Source: Acidobacteriota bacterium (GTDB lineage: Bacteria; Acidobacteriota; Thermoanaerobaculia; Multivoradales; UBA5704). From it: a DNA stretch of 64,000 bases. Below, piece by piece: positions 46,169 to 61,846 of the stretch; position 1 is the first letter of the stretch; every line of letters begins with the position of its first letter. The notes under the pieces are model-generated. The model was not told where the DNA came from. It saw only the letters and a list, made by a program, of their open reading frames with translations, and did no database searches. Made by a program: the position numbers and the translations under genes. The DNA lies in the NCBI GenBank assembly GCA_040005235.1, contig JBDTZG010000002.1:32001-96000 (forward strand). Reading direction: 5' to 3'.

Positions 46169-46196
46169 GTAGGGGCGAGGCATGCCTCGCCCCTAC
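46169..46196. repeat. Perfect 28-bp GTAG-type REP-like palindrome (may act as terminator)
   Basis: GTAGGGGCGAGGCATGCCTCGCCCCTAC is self-complementary. Confidence 0.8.
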
Positions 46197-46339
46197 CTTC
46201 CCGCCGCCATCTCCAATCCGCAGCTTGAACACATCCCCCCGAGTTGCTACACTCCGCGCGCCGCGGAGGATGGGGGTCTAAAGTCCAAACCGCTCGCGCT
46301 TCCATGTGCGGGCCTTGTCCGTTCCCCCTAGCGACACCG

Positions 46340-46600
46340 ATGCCCGAAGACGACAAGAAGAAAAGCACCCTGGGTCGCGCTTCAGGTGTGGGGATCGAAT
46401 TCGCGGCAGCGGTCGCAGGTTTCTCTCTGGTCGGTATCTGGGTGGACCGCCATTACGGCAGCGGTCCGTGGGGCCTGGTGATCGGGCTCGCCTTGGGGTT
46501 GATCGGCGGAACGTACAACCTGGTCCGCGAATCGTTGCTCGCCTCCAAAGAAGCCGAGCGTTCGGATCACGAAACCTCGGATCGTGGCGACACGGTCTGA
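46340..46600 (+). CDS. AtpZ/AtpI family protein
   Basis: GIEFAAAVAG...GIWVDRHYGSGPWGLVIG; first gene of the atp operon. Confidence 0.88.
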   Translation: MPEDDKKKSTLGRASGVGIEFAAAVAGFSLVGIWVDRHYGSGPWGLVIGLALGLIGGTYNLVRESLLASKEAERSDHETSDRGDTV

Positions 46601-47057
46601 AGGCCGGACGGGCGCAGGCGCGCGAACGCTCCCTCGGTTCGTCGTCACCTCCGCCGCGGTCACGGCGGTCTGCGCGGCGATCGGCTGGCTGCCGACCGTG
46701 CGTCTGGCGGGCCGGGGTGCGGCGGAGGGGCTGCTCGCCGGTTGCGCGATCAGCTGGCTGGCCTGCGTGTCCGGAGCGGTTCTGTTCGCCCGGTTGACCG
46801 GAGCGAACGTGCCCGGCGGGCTCGCGGAGCTGGCAAAGCTGGGTCTACGGTTTGGCGCCGTGGTGCTGTTCGGAGTGGTCGGGGCAGTCCTTTCCCGGCG
46901 CGGTTATTGGCCCCTGCGGCCGATGTTGGTTTGGATCGCTTTGAGCTACCTGCCCCTTCTGGGGCTCGACATAGGATTCGCCCTCGGGGCCGAACGGCAA
47001 ACTGCCAGATCGGCCGGGCCGGTACAACCGCCCCCCGAGGATACGGAGACGCGATGA
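46584..47057 (+). CDS. ATP synthase protein I-like 4-TM membrane protein
   Basis: Four hydrophobic segments; position between atpZ and atpB. Confidence 0.7.
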   Translation: MATRSEGRTGAGARTLPRFVVTSAAVTAVCAAIGWLPTVRLAGRGAAEGLLAGCAISWLACVSGAVLFARLTGANVPGGLAELAKLGLRFGAVVLFGVVGAVLSRRGYWPLRPMLVWIALSYLPLLGLDIGFALGAERQTARSAGPVQPPPEDTETR

Positions 47058-48004
47058 GTGCGACGCCGATGATGATGCTGGCCTTTGCGGAGAATCCGCT
47101 TTCGCACATCGTCCAGCATCCGCTGGTGCAGAAGCCCGCGAGCTGGGGGCCGCTCACCCCCCACGGCGTGATGACGGTCCTCTCCGATCAGATCGTGATG
47201 ATGATCGCGGCCGGCCTGCTGCTGATCCTTTTCGTGCCCGCGCTGGTCGCCCGGCGGAAGGCCAAGGACGCCCTGGGTTCGCTGGTGCCCTCCGGCTTCG
47301 GCAACGCGATCGAGACGATCTGCGTCTACCTGCGCGAAGAGGTCGCCCGCCCCAACCTTCAAGAGCACACCGACCGCTTCATCAAGTACCTCTGGTCGGT
47401 GTTCTTCTTCATCCTGACGATGAATCTGCTCGGCCTGGTGCCGATCTCGCCGGTCTCGAAGCTGTTCGGCGCGCATCTGGGCGGCACCCCCACCGGCAAC
47501 ATCTGGGTCACCGGCTCGCTCGCCGTCTGCACCCTGCTGATGATGGTGATCAACGGCCTGCGGCTCGGCGGCAAGAGCTACCTCGCGCACTTCTCCCCCG
47601 GACCGATCTGGCTCTCGCCGCTGCTCGTGCCGCTGGAGCTGGTCGGCGTCGTGGCGAAGACCTTCGCGCTCACCGTCCGTCTGTTCGCCAACATGCTCGC
47701 CGGCCACGTGCTGCTCGCCGTGCTGCTCGGCTTCATCGTCAACGCCATGGCGAAGATGGGCGCCGCGGGTTTGGGGATCGCCATCCCGGCGGTCGCGGGC
47801 TCCGTCGCGATCAACCTGCTGGAGATCTTCGTCGCGTTCCTCCAAGCTTTCATCTTCACCTTCCTGACCGCGCTGTTCATCGGCCAATCGGTGGTCTTCC
47901 ACCATGGCGACGAGCACGGTGATCACGACGGGCACGATTCCCACGAAACAATCGGCCACGCCTCCGCGCACCCTGCGAACGCCGCGACGGCTCGGGCGCA
48001 CTGA
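47054..48004 (+). CDS. atpB: F0 ATP synthase subunit a
   Basis: NLLGLVP, ALTVRLFANMLAGH, FLQAFIF. Confidence 0.96.
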   Translation: MSATPMMMLAFAENPLSHIVQHPLVQKPASWGPLTPHGVMTVLSDQIVMMIAAGLLLILFVPALVARRKAKDALGSLVPSGFGNAIETICVYLREEVARPNLQEHTDRFIKYLWSVFFFILTMNLLGLVPISPVSKLFGAHLGGTPTGNIWVTGSLAVCTLLMMVINGLRLGGKSYLAHFSPGPIWLSPLLVPLELVGVVAKTFALTVRLFANMLAGHVLLAVLLGFIVNAMAKMGAAGLGIAIPAVAGSVAINLLEIFVAFLQAFIFTFLTALFIGQSVVFHHGDEHGDHDGHDSHETIGHASAHPANAATARAH

Positions 48005-48445
<441 letters not shown>

Positions 48446-48552
48446 AGCCGTCCGTTCGAACGAACGCTCTCTCCATAGCAGATCCGGTCGGGCGGAGAGC
48501 CCGGCCGGACTGCTCCGAGATCCACGCTTTTCAGTTTGAGGGCTTACCGCCG

Positions 48553-49164
48553 ATGTTGGGAAAGTCGACACTGCGAAAGACAAGCTTCCTCTGGACTCTC
48601 GGCCTCCTGTTCGTCGGCGGGCTAATGCCGGCCTTGGCGCAAGAGGCGCACGAGGGCGGGTCGGTCAATCCGTTCTCCGGCGACGTCGGCAACGCGATCT
48701 GGACGGTCCTGATTTTCGGTCTCGTCCTGTTCGTGCTCGGCAAGTACGCCTGGGGCCCGATCCTCGGCGGGCTTCAAGCTCGCGAGGCGTTCATCCGCGA
48801 GGCGCTCGAAAAGGCCGACCGCGACCGCAAGGAATCCGCGGCGAAGCTCCAGGAGTACGTCGACAAGATCAACGCCTCGCGCGCCGAAGCGTCGGCCATC
48901 GTCGAAGAGGGCAAGCGCGACGCCGATGCCTTGAAGGCCAGGATCGAGCAGGACGCCAAGACGGAAGCGCAGGCGATCATCGCTCGCGGCAAGCGCGAGA
49001 TCGAGATCGCGACCGACACCGCGATCAAGGATCTTTACGCCCGGAGCACCCAGCTCGCCACCGAGATCGCAAGCGGCATCCTCGGCCGGGAGATCCAGGC
49101 GAAGGATCACGACCAGCTGGTGGCCGACACCATCGCCCGCCTTTCGGCCGGTAGAGCCAACTAG
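48553..49164 (+). CDS. atpF: F0 ATP synthase subunit b
   Basis: WTVLIF...KYAWGPI...REAFI, coiled coil. Confidence 0.95.
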   Translation: MLGKSTLRKTSFLWTLGLLFVGGLMPALAQEAHEGGSVNPFSGDVGNAIWTVLIFGLVLFVLGKYAWGPILGGLQAREAFIREALEKADRDRKESAAKLQEYVDKINASRAEASAIVEEGKRDADALKARIEQDAKTEAQAIIARGKREIEIATDTAIKDLYARSTQLATEIASGILGREIQAKDHDQLVADTIARLSAGRAN

Positions 49165-49175
49165 AGACCGATCCG

Positions 49176-49784
49176 ATGAGTCAGGGAATAGACAACAACA
49201 CGCGCGCCCTCGGTCGCCTCTATGGCAAGGCGCTGCTCGATGCGGCGACCGCCACCGGTCCCGCGGAAGCGGAAGCGCTTTCGGCGGAGCTGATCGGGCT
49301 GGGGAGCCTGCTCGAAAAGGAGCCCGATTTCGCGGCGTTCCTCGCGAGCCCCTCGGTCGATGCCAAGCTCAAGACCGCGGCGATCGAAAAGCTCTTCCGC
49401 GGCCGAGCGAGCGACCTGCTGACCGACGCCCTCCAGGTGATCGGCCGCAAGGGGCGGCTCGCCGGCCTTGCGGCGATCGTCGCCGGCTTTGCGTCCGAGT
49501 ATCGCGACGCGCGCGGCATCCTCTCGGCGACGGTTGAAACCGCCCGTCCGCTGTCCGAGGCCCAGCGCGCCGATCTGGCCCGAGCGATCGGCACCTACAC
49601 CGGCAAAAGCATCGAGATCACCGAACGCATCAATCCGACCCTGCTCGGCGGCATCGTGGTCCGCGCCGGGGATGAGCGGATCGATGGCACCGCAGCCTCC
49701 GCCCTGGCTCGTTTCAGCGCCCGCCTCGACGCGCGCGCCGCGAGCGAGATCGCGAGCGGCACGTCCTACGCGGAAGCGACTTAA
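49176..49784 (+). CDS. atpH: F1 ATP synthase subunit delta
   Basis: YGKALL, LLGGIVVRAGDERIDG. Confidence 0.95.
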   Translation: MSQGIDNNTRALGRLYGKALLDAATATGPAEAEALSAELIGLGSLLEKEPDFAAFLASPSVDAKLKTAAIEKLFRGRASDLLTDALQVIGRKGRLAGLAAIVAGFASEYRDARGILSATVETARPLSEAQRADLARAIGTYTGKSIEITERINPTLLGGIVVRAGDERIDGTAASALARFSARLDARAASEIASGTSYAEAT

Positions 49785-49851
49785 AAGGCCGAGACTACGA
49801 GACTAGATGACCGGCCCGACCAACTCGGGTCCAGGTTGAGGAACACATACG

Positions 49852-51594
<1,743 letters not shown>

Positions 51595-51637
51595 GGGCTG
51601 AAGCCAAGCCTCCTTCTGCCGAGCCCAAGGTACCGAC

Positions 51638-52522
51638 ATGGCCAACCGGCGAGTCCTCGTCAAACGACGCAAGTCGATCCGCAACATCCGCAAGATCACG
51701 CGGACGATGCAGCTGATCGCGACCGCGCGTTTTCAAGCGGCCTACAACCGGGCCGTCGCGACCAAGCCGTACAACGAAAAGCTCGCCGAGCTGGTGGCGG
51801 ACCTTTCGAGTGCGGCGGCCGCTTCAGGCGGGGTCGAGCATCCGCTGCTCAAAGAGAACGATTCGAACAAGACCGCGCTGGTCACCATCACCAGCACCCG
51901 GGGCCTCTGCGGCGGCTACAACTCGAGCGTCCTGCGCGCTTCGATTGAACACCTCGACGCGGAAGCGAACGCCGGCCACCAGGTGGATGTCCACATGGCG
52001 GGCAAGAAGGGGATCAGCTACTTCCGCTTCTTGAGGCGCGAGATGAAGGAGCAGATCACCTCGGTCGGCGACGTGCCGCGCTTCGACCAGGTGGAGCCGA
52101 TCGCCAACGCTCTGATGGACCAGTTCATCAAGGGCGAGATCCGCTCGGCCTATGTCTCCTACATGAAGTTCGTCTCGACCGGCACCCAGCGCCCGGTGGT
52201 CGTCCAGCTCCTGCCGCTCGCGCGGAAGGCGGAGGCCACCGAGGGTGAAACCGCTGCCCCCACGGGAGAAGTCGAGTTTTCGCCCGACCCGCAGAAGCTG
52301 CTCGACAGCCTGCTGCCCGCCTCCGTCCGCGTCCAGCTGTTCCAGGCGTTCACCGACGCCGTGGTCTCCGAGCAGGTCGCCCGGATGGTCGCGATGAAGG
52401 CGGCCACCGACGCGGCCGGCGACATGATCAAGTCCTTGACCCGCGAATACAACCGCGCCCGCCAGACCGCGATCACCATGGAGCTGCTCGACATCGTCGG
52501 CGGCGCCAACGCGCTGGCCTGA
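51638..52522 (+). CDS. atpG: F1 ATP synthase subunit gamma
   Basis: KITRTM, RGLCGGYN, YNRARQTAITMEL. Confidence 0.97.
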   Translation: MANRRVLVKRRKSIRNIRKITRTMQLIATARFQAAYNRAVATKPYNEKLAELVADLSSAAAASGGVEHPLLKENDSNKTALVTITSTRGLCGGYNSSVLRASIEHLDAEANAGHQVDVHMAGKKGISYFRFLRREMKEQITSVGDVPRFDQVEPIANALMDQFIKGEIRSAYVSYMKFVSTGTQRPVVVQLLPLARKAEATEGETAAPTGEVEFSPDPQKLLDSLLPASVRVQLFQAFTDAVVSEQVARMVAMKAATDAAGDMIKSLTREYNRARQTAITMELLDIVGGANALA

Positions 52523-52546
52523 TTCGGCGACGGCCTAAAGATATGA

Positions 52547-54430
<1,884 letters not shown>

Positions 54431-54567
54431 ATTGCCCTCTGATCGCCCGAGCACATCGTGAGGCTGGACCGGATTCGCGGCTACAATTCGGTCAACCTGC
54501 ACTCGGATCTCCTCTCCTGGAGGTCCGGAGCCCGCGGGGATCTTCGCGAGAGAAGAGGGACGCCGTC

Positions 54568-54903
54568 ATGACGCCTACCGCCGACTTGCTCGATCGGATC
54601 ACGATCAACCTGGACCAATGTGGTGGCCAGCCGTGCATTCGCGGGTTGCCGATCAGAGTGGCCGATGTCCTTGCGTTCCTGGCGGCAGATCGGACGGAAC
54701 CGGAGATCCCCCGAAAGTATCCTGGTTTGGAGGCGGACGACGTCACAGCTTGCCTCCTCTACGCGATACGGGAAGATTCCGCCGACCCAGACCGCAGCCA
54801 GATCGTCCAGCGCCTCCGTATGACCCCCAAGCAACGTCTCGCTCACCTCGTGGAGATGGTCGCCTTCCAGGAACGGGCTCACCGTGCCCGGCGGGTTGCC
54901 TAG
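54568..54903 (+). CDS. DUF433 domain antitoxin-like protein with an extra C-terminal helix
   Basis: CGGQPCIRGLPIRVADVL...YPGLEADDV, then DRSQI...LRMTPKQRL. Confidence 0.75.
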   Translation: MTPTADLLDRITINLDQCGGQPCIRGLPIRVADVLAFLAADRTEPEIPRKYPGLEADDVTACLLYAIREDSADPDRSQIVQRLRMTPKQRLAHLVEMVAFQERAHRARRVA

Positions 54904-54907
54904 TTCC

Positions 54908-56177
<1,270 letters not shown>

Positions 56178-56584
56178 AAGCGGCTCTAAGTGAAGCGATT
56201 GGTGGGACTACGGCGCGCCAAACCCCGAAGGGGCAGGCGCGTTGTTGTTTTTCGGCGGCCCCCGTAGCTGTTTTGTAGGAACCAACGCGTCGGCCTCTCG
56301 GAGTCCGGCGCGTTTTCATTTGCGGCGAGCCAGAGATCCAACTTGGCGTAACAGCCCCGTCAAGCTCCGGAACAACCTACCATTCGGGCCATTTTCCGAG
56401 TCTCTGGTACTAAACGAATCGCCACGTCGCGTTTCTCATTAGCTGGTCCCCTCTGCGTAGGGAGCAACGGGCAGGGATCAATGTAGCTCGATGGCTAAAT
56501 GCGCATGGAGCGTATTCTTGATGCGCTTCTTTCTGCGGCATATGAACAACGTGGTCTATTCAACGACGAAAGGGAAACACGGCT

Positions 56585-57685
56585 ATGTCTCTTAAGGGCT
56601 CGCTTGTCCCTCGGCAACTCCTCCTGGCATTCTTTCTGGCGCCGATGCTTGGTCTTATTTTCACTGCACAGAGTTTCGGCGCTCCCACAGTTGTTCGCGT
56701 CGGCTACCTCCCGGCTACCCACGATGCCCTGCTCTTCGTGGCAAAAGAGTTGAAGCTATTCGATGTCACCAAGGTCGATGTTCAGCTGAAACCGTACGAA
56801 AACTCCGTGCAAATCTTGAATGACTTAAAGAGCGGGCTGCTGGACATCGGAATACCAGGAGTGGCGACGCCTGCCGCCGAAATCGGAGGAAAGGCTCCTC
56901 TGAGCATAATCGGAGGTGCCGCCGCGGAGTCAGCTGCCCTTGTTGTTCAGCCGGAACTTGCCCAGCCGATGGCGAATGCACAGTCGGTCAACGGCAAGGT
57001 TCTTCTACTTAAGGGCAAGAAGGTGGGGGCCGTGCGAGGTTCTACTGGCCTCGCGATATTTAGACAGGCGCTGGTCCATGCGGGTTTGGCCGAGAAATCT
57101 CTCGATGTGCGCAGTTTCTCGAAACCTTCAGAAATTATCAGCGCGCTCGTGACTCATGACCTCGACGCCGGTCTCCTTTGGTCCCCGCATATGACGCTAG
57201 CCGAAGGCAAAGGGCTGCGCATTGGCTTGTGGATGACCGAAGTCCTACCTCACCATGTTTGCTGTCGTCAGGTTGCGAGAGACGACTACCTTGCCAACGA
57301 GTCTGCCGTGGTGGAGTACCTAGCCGGACTTCTCCGGGCAGATCGACTGTTGAGAAAAGCCAGGAACAATCGCGGAGAGAGGGACCGCGTCTTCCAGGCA
57401 ATCCGGAACTACATGCCTACACTCAATGAAAAAGAAATTTCTTTGGAGTTGTTCGATGCGCATCCTCGGACGACTGTAAGCGCAGATATCAGCCGTCAGG
57501 GAATTCATGACTACCTGGAAGCCATGCAAACCGCTGGGCTGATGCGAAAGGACCAGTGCCAGAACGTCGAAGAAAAGGTCAAACCAATCTATCTACAAAA
57601 AGCTTTCGAACGACTCGGCTGCTCAGCCAACGTGGCCAAGTCGTGTGTTGACAAGGGTGCTGCCGCTTGTGAATGTACGAGGTGA
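56585..57685 (+). CDS. NitT/TauT (SsuA/NMT1-like) ABC substrate-binding protein
   Basis: Signal peptide; VRVGYLP, LKGKKVG, LDAGLLWSPH, HVCC; Cys-rich tail. Confidence 0.82.
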   Translation: MSLKGSLVPRQLLLAFFLAPMLGLIFTAQSFGAPTVVRVGYLPATHDALLFVAKELKLFDVTKVDVQLKPYENSVQILNDLKSGLLDIGIPGVATPAAEIGGKAPLSIIGGAAAESAALVVQPELAQPMANAQSVNGKVLLLKGKKVGAVRGSTGLAIFRQALVHAGLAEKSLDVRSFSKPSEIISALVTHDLDAGLLWSPHMTLAEGKGLRIGLWMTEVLPHHVCCRQVARDDYLANESAVVEYLAGLLRADRLLRKARNNRGERDRVFQAIRNYMPTLNEKEISLELFDAHPRTTVSADISRQGIHDYLEAMQTAGLMRKDQCQNVEEKVKPIYLQKAFERLGCSANVAKSCVDKGAAACECTR

Positions 57686-57691
57686 TCTACC

Positions 57692-60421
57692 ATGCGGACA
57701 CTTCGAAAGACTATAACTCAGCTCAGGGCCGACCGTTATCAGCAAATAGCCCTAGCTTGCCTCGGTATAGTAGTTCTCATCGCGGCGCTAGAAACGAGTG
57801 TGACCAACGCGAAGCGCTTGACTCTACCTAGCGATGGATTGGCGCAGGACGCGAGTATCCTAATTGATTTAGTGCCGTCAACCCTCGTTTGGACTGCACC
57901 TTTTCGGTCTGATTGGCCAGGCCGGATCTTTGACTACCGATCCCTCATCATCGCCGCAGGCATCTTCAGTATTTTTCTACTTATCCTTAATGGCGTAAGC
58001 TGGAGTCGTTTGCGGCGCTACCAAGGCCAAATCGAAAGCGATTCCAAACGACGCACTGCCAGCCTCAAAAAGAATCCAATAGGAAGAGAATACGAGATTC
58101 GCCCCCAGCTTCGAAAAGAGGTAGGGCGACGGGAAACCGTGATCGAGCCGCTGATCGGAGGCTGGCTGCTGACAACCCTGGCATGGTTGATACTGGTCGC
58201 CCTCGCAGGAAAATGGGATCCTCAGTGGGGTCGTCCGTTCATGGCGCCTCCCCTCCTCGTTGCTCAGAATCTCCAGATATTTGGGGGAGTACTCCTGCAG
58301 AGCATGCTTCGTAGCAGCTGGCACCTCCTTCAGGGACTTGTTTGGGGAGCGATTGCAGGTGCGTTCCTCGGATTTCTCCTCTCTCATGCCAAATGGCTTC
58401 AGCGCTGGACCGCTTGGCATCTCACCGTGATTTCCGCGCTTCCACCCTTCATCATGATTGAGGTCTTCAAGCAGGTGGCACGTCAACCGCTGTTCCCGTC
58501 TCTTTGGGTGCGGGATGAAGTCGCCTTCAAAAGCGCGATCGCCATGGCGAGTTGGGCTGTCACCTGGCCTGTACTCACTGCGACTGCTCTTGCACTCTCA
58601 AGCATTAACGAGGACTACCGAAATTCTATGCGCCTGCTGGGCGCCAGAACAGCAATTGAGAGGCTCCGGCACATTGATCTTCCCGCCATTGTTCCGGCGG
58701 CACTCTCTAATCTCCGTGTTGGCCTAGTTATTGGCCTGATAGTTCTGCTATTTGGCGAAGCGCAAGGTGGCCCCATAAGCTATCCGACACTTGGGTACTA
58801 CTTCAGTGAATTTACCAGCAACTTCAAGTTGCAGTGCCTAATGGCACTACTAGCGTTTACTAGTCTACTCGTCATCTGCTTTGAAGGAGCAATCCGCCTT
58901 CTCGAAATTCACTTCGTGGTAGGAAGAGATCGCTTCTCTCGAACGCCAGTTCTTGAGAGAGCTTCTCGTGAGAGCGTGGCTGATGAGAGAAGAAGCTGTC
59001 TGGAGGATTTCGAGAGAGAGCGCGAGGTTGTCCTGAAACGATTCCCGGATTTGGCGGCACCAAAAACATCTGCCACAATCGTTATGGCGGACCTTCAAAA
59101 GAGTTACGGACAGCGAATTGCCTTTGAAGTCTTGGGTGAAACCAAGATCAGAGCCGGTGAGTTCGTCTCAGTCCTAGGTCGGTCAGGAGCAGGAAAGTCT
59201 ACACTTCTCAAGCTGCTGCTTGGATTCGAACGGCCCGACGAGGCATCACAACCTGGCATCCTCACAGTCTGCAACGTGGATATGCTGGCCTCAAATACAG
59301 ACCCCAGATCGGCGCTGGACCTCAGGGTCTCATACGTCTCGCAGCATCCTACGCTGCAACCACATAAAACCGTTGAGGAGAATATTCTCTTCGGCATCAA
59401 ACAGCAGTGGCGCCACGCCAATCGCACGAAGGGACTTGGCGATATCCGAAAGCGTTTTTACCTCGCCTACCTCCTTTGGCTCTGCGGTGACCAAGAGCCG
59501 AAGAATTGGCGATGGGGACGAGGTGCAGAACGATGTATCAAGAGTCCGCTCGGCCTTCTTATTCGCTTTCTGGCCCTGGAAGACAAGCTCAGCAGCTACC
59601 CCGCCGAGCTTAGCGGCGGAGAAGCGCAGCGAGTTCATCTACTTCGCTGGCTGAGCCTGGGGCGACCACTTCTAGTAATGGACGAGGCCTTCAGCGCTCT
59701 CGATCAGCCCCTTAAAGGAATGGTACGAGACGCAGTGCATCGGCATGTTAAGATTATGGGAACGACGGTAGTCAACGTTTCCCATGATCGCGCAGATGTC
59801 CTTCAGATTTCTGATCGTATCCTGTTCATTGATGGCCAGCAAATTAGAGACGACGCAGCGCCAAAAGATCTTTACTACGCGCCGCGAACTCGAGATTTAG
59901 CGGTTTTCCTCGGTCATACGAATCTGTTTGAGATCGAGTTCAAGTCCAACGGTGGGCGATCGGTTTCGCTGATCCGTGATGAATATAGGAATTGTAACTT
60001 CAATCCTTTTTTCACATTAGAACTGGGGAGGCCGCTAGCTTCAGTGTGTGAGGTTAGGGGAAACACATCCGAAGGCTCGACTATACAGCTCGATCCTCAG
60101 CCAGGCACACGAGGCCTCATGTTCATTGCTCGTAGCGACGTTAACATCAGGCGTCTCGGTAGGAAATCCCAATTGCCGAGAAGTGCTAACACGTTTCAGG
60201 TTGATGGCCTTCGATTCACGGGCACCCATTACGAGGTGCGACTCACCCGCGAGACCATTACCAGCCCGCTGCGAATCGATTCAGTGATTCAAGACGACGA
60301 TTTGCAGGAGCTTCTGGCGAAGGTTGAGCCCAGTGGCGCGAGTTTTGAGGAGTTGCCAGGCTTGGATGCCGAAGTTTTGATCAGGCAAGGCTTGCTTATC
60401 GCCGACGGGAAAGAGCCATGA
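57692..60421 (+). CDS. Fused ABC permease + ATP-binding protein
   Basis: TM region with EAA-like SMRLLGA...IDLPAIVP; GRSGAGKST, LSGGEAQR, VMDEAFSALD, VSHD. Confidence 0.85.
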   Translation: MRTLRKTITQLRADRYQQIALACLGIVVLIAALETSVTNAKRLTLPSDGLAQDASILIDLVPSTLVWTAPFRSDWPGRIFDYRSLIIAAGIFSIFLLILNGVSWSRLRRYQGQIESDSKRRTASLKKNPIGREYEIRPQLRKEVGRRETVIEPLIGGWLLTTLAWLILVALAGKWDPQWGRPFMAPPLLVAQNLQIFGGVLLQSMLRSSWHLLQGLVWGAIAGAFLGFLLSHAKWLQRWTAWHLTVISALPPFIMIEVFKQVARQPLFPSLWVRDEVAFKSAIAMASWAVTWPVLTATALALSSINEDYRNSMRLLGARTAIERLRHIDLPAIVPAALSNLRVGLVIGLIVLLFGEAQGGPISYPTLGYYFSEFTSNFKLQCLMALLAFTSLLVICFEGAIRLLEIHFVVGRDRFSRTPVLERASRESVADERRSCLEDFEREREVVLKRFPDLAAPKTSATIVMADLQKSYGQRIAFEVLGETKIRAGEFVSVLGRSGAGKSTLLKLLLGFERPDEASQPGILTVCNVDMLASNTDPRSALDLRVSYVSQHPTLQPHKTVEENILFGIKQQWRHANRTKGLGDIRKRFYLAYLLWLCGDQEPKNWRWGRGAERCIKSPLGLLIRFLALEDKLSSYPAELSGGEAQRVHLLRWLSLGRPLLVMDEAFSALDQPLKGMVRDAVHRHVKIMGTTVVNVSHDRADVLQISDRILFIDGQQIRDDAAPKDLYYAPRTRDLAVFLGHTNLFEIEFKSNGGRSVSLIRDEYRNCNFNPFFTLELGRPLASVCEVRGNTSEGSTIQLDPQPGTRGLMFIARSDVNIRRLGRKSQLPRSANTFQVDGLRFTGTHYEVRLTRETITSPLRIDSVIQDDDLQELLAKVEPSGASFEELPGLDAEVLIRQGLLIADGKEP

Positions 60422-61839
60422 AGATTCTACTTTTCGCTGTTCTAGCAAGCTTGTCCTATGCGAGCTCCGCACTGGCCTCAAGCGCTTGTGTTGGGAAGGT
60501 ACCGGACTATGTTTTGGTTGGCTCGAGTGGGATGGTATTAACCCAGGAAGCAGAACAACTACCCTGTAGATCGGGATTGGTTCGGCCTATCTGGGATGGC
60601 AAGACAACGCCAGGGGAGATTGTGGTTATCGAAGAAATGGTCGTCCCTAGCTTGGCGCTTTCGCGAGCAGTCGCTACCGCCGGAAGGCTGGAATTTCGAC
60701 GCTGCTTGTTCCCTGACGAGGTCTATCTAAAAGGGGCTGTCGTCGCCTCGATGAGATTTATCGAGTGCGAGTTTCTGGGAAATTTCGACCTAAGGGCGGG
60801 AACCTTCTCTGGGCGAGTCGAAGTGGTGAATTCCCTCTTTCATCAGAACGTCTCTATTGTCGATGCTGTTCTGGACGATCAAATGATATTTAGTGGCTCG
60901 GTCTTTACCGGACTCATCGAATTTGAGCGGACACTTCTGTCCGGCGGTCTACGCATCACAGGCAGCCGCCTTGCGGGTCGCGTCCATGCTATCGGGCTTC
61001 GGTCCCCAGTTGGCCTCTACTTTGAGGGCGATAGATTTTTGAGCGACCTCGAGATCGTTGAACTCGAGACGAGCGGATCCGTACGATTTCGGGATTCCGA
61101 GTGGGATCGATCCTCAGTGATCAGTTTTCTTGGTGGCACTATCGGCGCTGGAGTTCGCTTCGACTCGTGCAGCTTCGACGCTCCTTGGGTAAGCGCTATC
61201 CAAGAAGAGAAGCCATTGATCAGGTTCTCTGATCTCACGGTCGGATCCTCGGTCGTGATCGCGAACGCGACCTCGAGAGTCTTCCCGCGCCTGAAGGTAT
61301 CTCGATGTGTAGTTCCGTTCCTGAAGCTTCCAGAGTGGAGAATTGCGAAGGGAATGTTACTTGACCCCTCCAGCCCACCGATTGATGTCCGTGCGATGGA
61401 AGATGCCGGCGAACTCCTGCAGCTGGCTAAATCGAGCTACGAGCGGGAGGGCCGAACACGCGATGCTATCGAGGTCAACTCTGAGCACCGACTTCTGGTC
61501 GCGAGAATTAGGAGAGGGCCCAGCTTATGGATTTGGGAGGCTTCGAGGTATTTCGGAACGGGAATATGGTGGTTTGTGTTTATTATTCTGTCGTTCGCTT
61601 GTCTTTTTAGTCTCAAGGGCGTAGGTTGGCATCTCTTCGACCGGAAAGAACACCTAGGAGAACGTCTTTATAGAGCTCTCGATCTAAGTGTCAAGGGATT
61701 CTTTAGGGGGCCGCCTGCAGAGTATGCGGGTGTCCCACTGGCGGGGCCTGCACGAAGAGCGCTGATCTTTGAACAACTCCTTGGTATGGCATTTCTATTT
61801 CTTTTTGCGATCGTCAAGAACGAATGGCTGAGGATCTAA
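60418..61839 (+). CDS. Secreted beta-helix/pentapeptide-like repeat protein with C-terminal membrane segments
   Basis: Signal peptide; repeated F..C.F / F.GS.F.G patterns; two C-terminal TMs ending EQLLGMAFLFLF. Confidence 0.6.
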   Translation: MKILLFAVLASLSYASSALASSACVGKVPDYVLVGSSGMVLTQEAEQLPCRSGLVRPIWDGKTTPGEIVVIEEMVVPSLALSRAVATAGRLEFRRCLFPDEVYLKGAVVASMRFIECEFLGNFDLRAGTFSGRVEVVNSLFHQNVSIVDAVLDDQMIFSGSVFTGLIEFERTLLSGGLRITGSRLAGRVHAIGLRSPVGLYFEGDRFLSDLEIVELETSGSVRFRDSEWDRSSVISFLGGTIGAGVRFDSCSFDAPWVSAIQEEKPLIRFSDLTVGSSVVIANATSRVFPRLKVSRCVVPFLKLPEWRIAKGMLLDPSSPPIDVRAMEDAGELLQLAKSSYEREGRTRDAIEVNSEHRLLVARIRRGPSLWIWEASRYFGTGIWWFVFIILSFACLFSLKGVGWHLFDRKEHLGERLYRALDLSVKGFFRGPPAEYAGVPLAGPARRALIFEQLLGMAFLFLFAIVKNEWLRI

Positions 61840-61846
61840 GGTTTCC

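Noticed and set aside
56179-56584. Possible att site, tRNA or integrase remnant at the island boundary
   Set aside because: Only weak hairpins; no tRNA cloverleaf or recombinase motif recognisable
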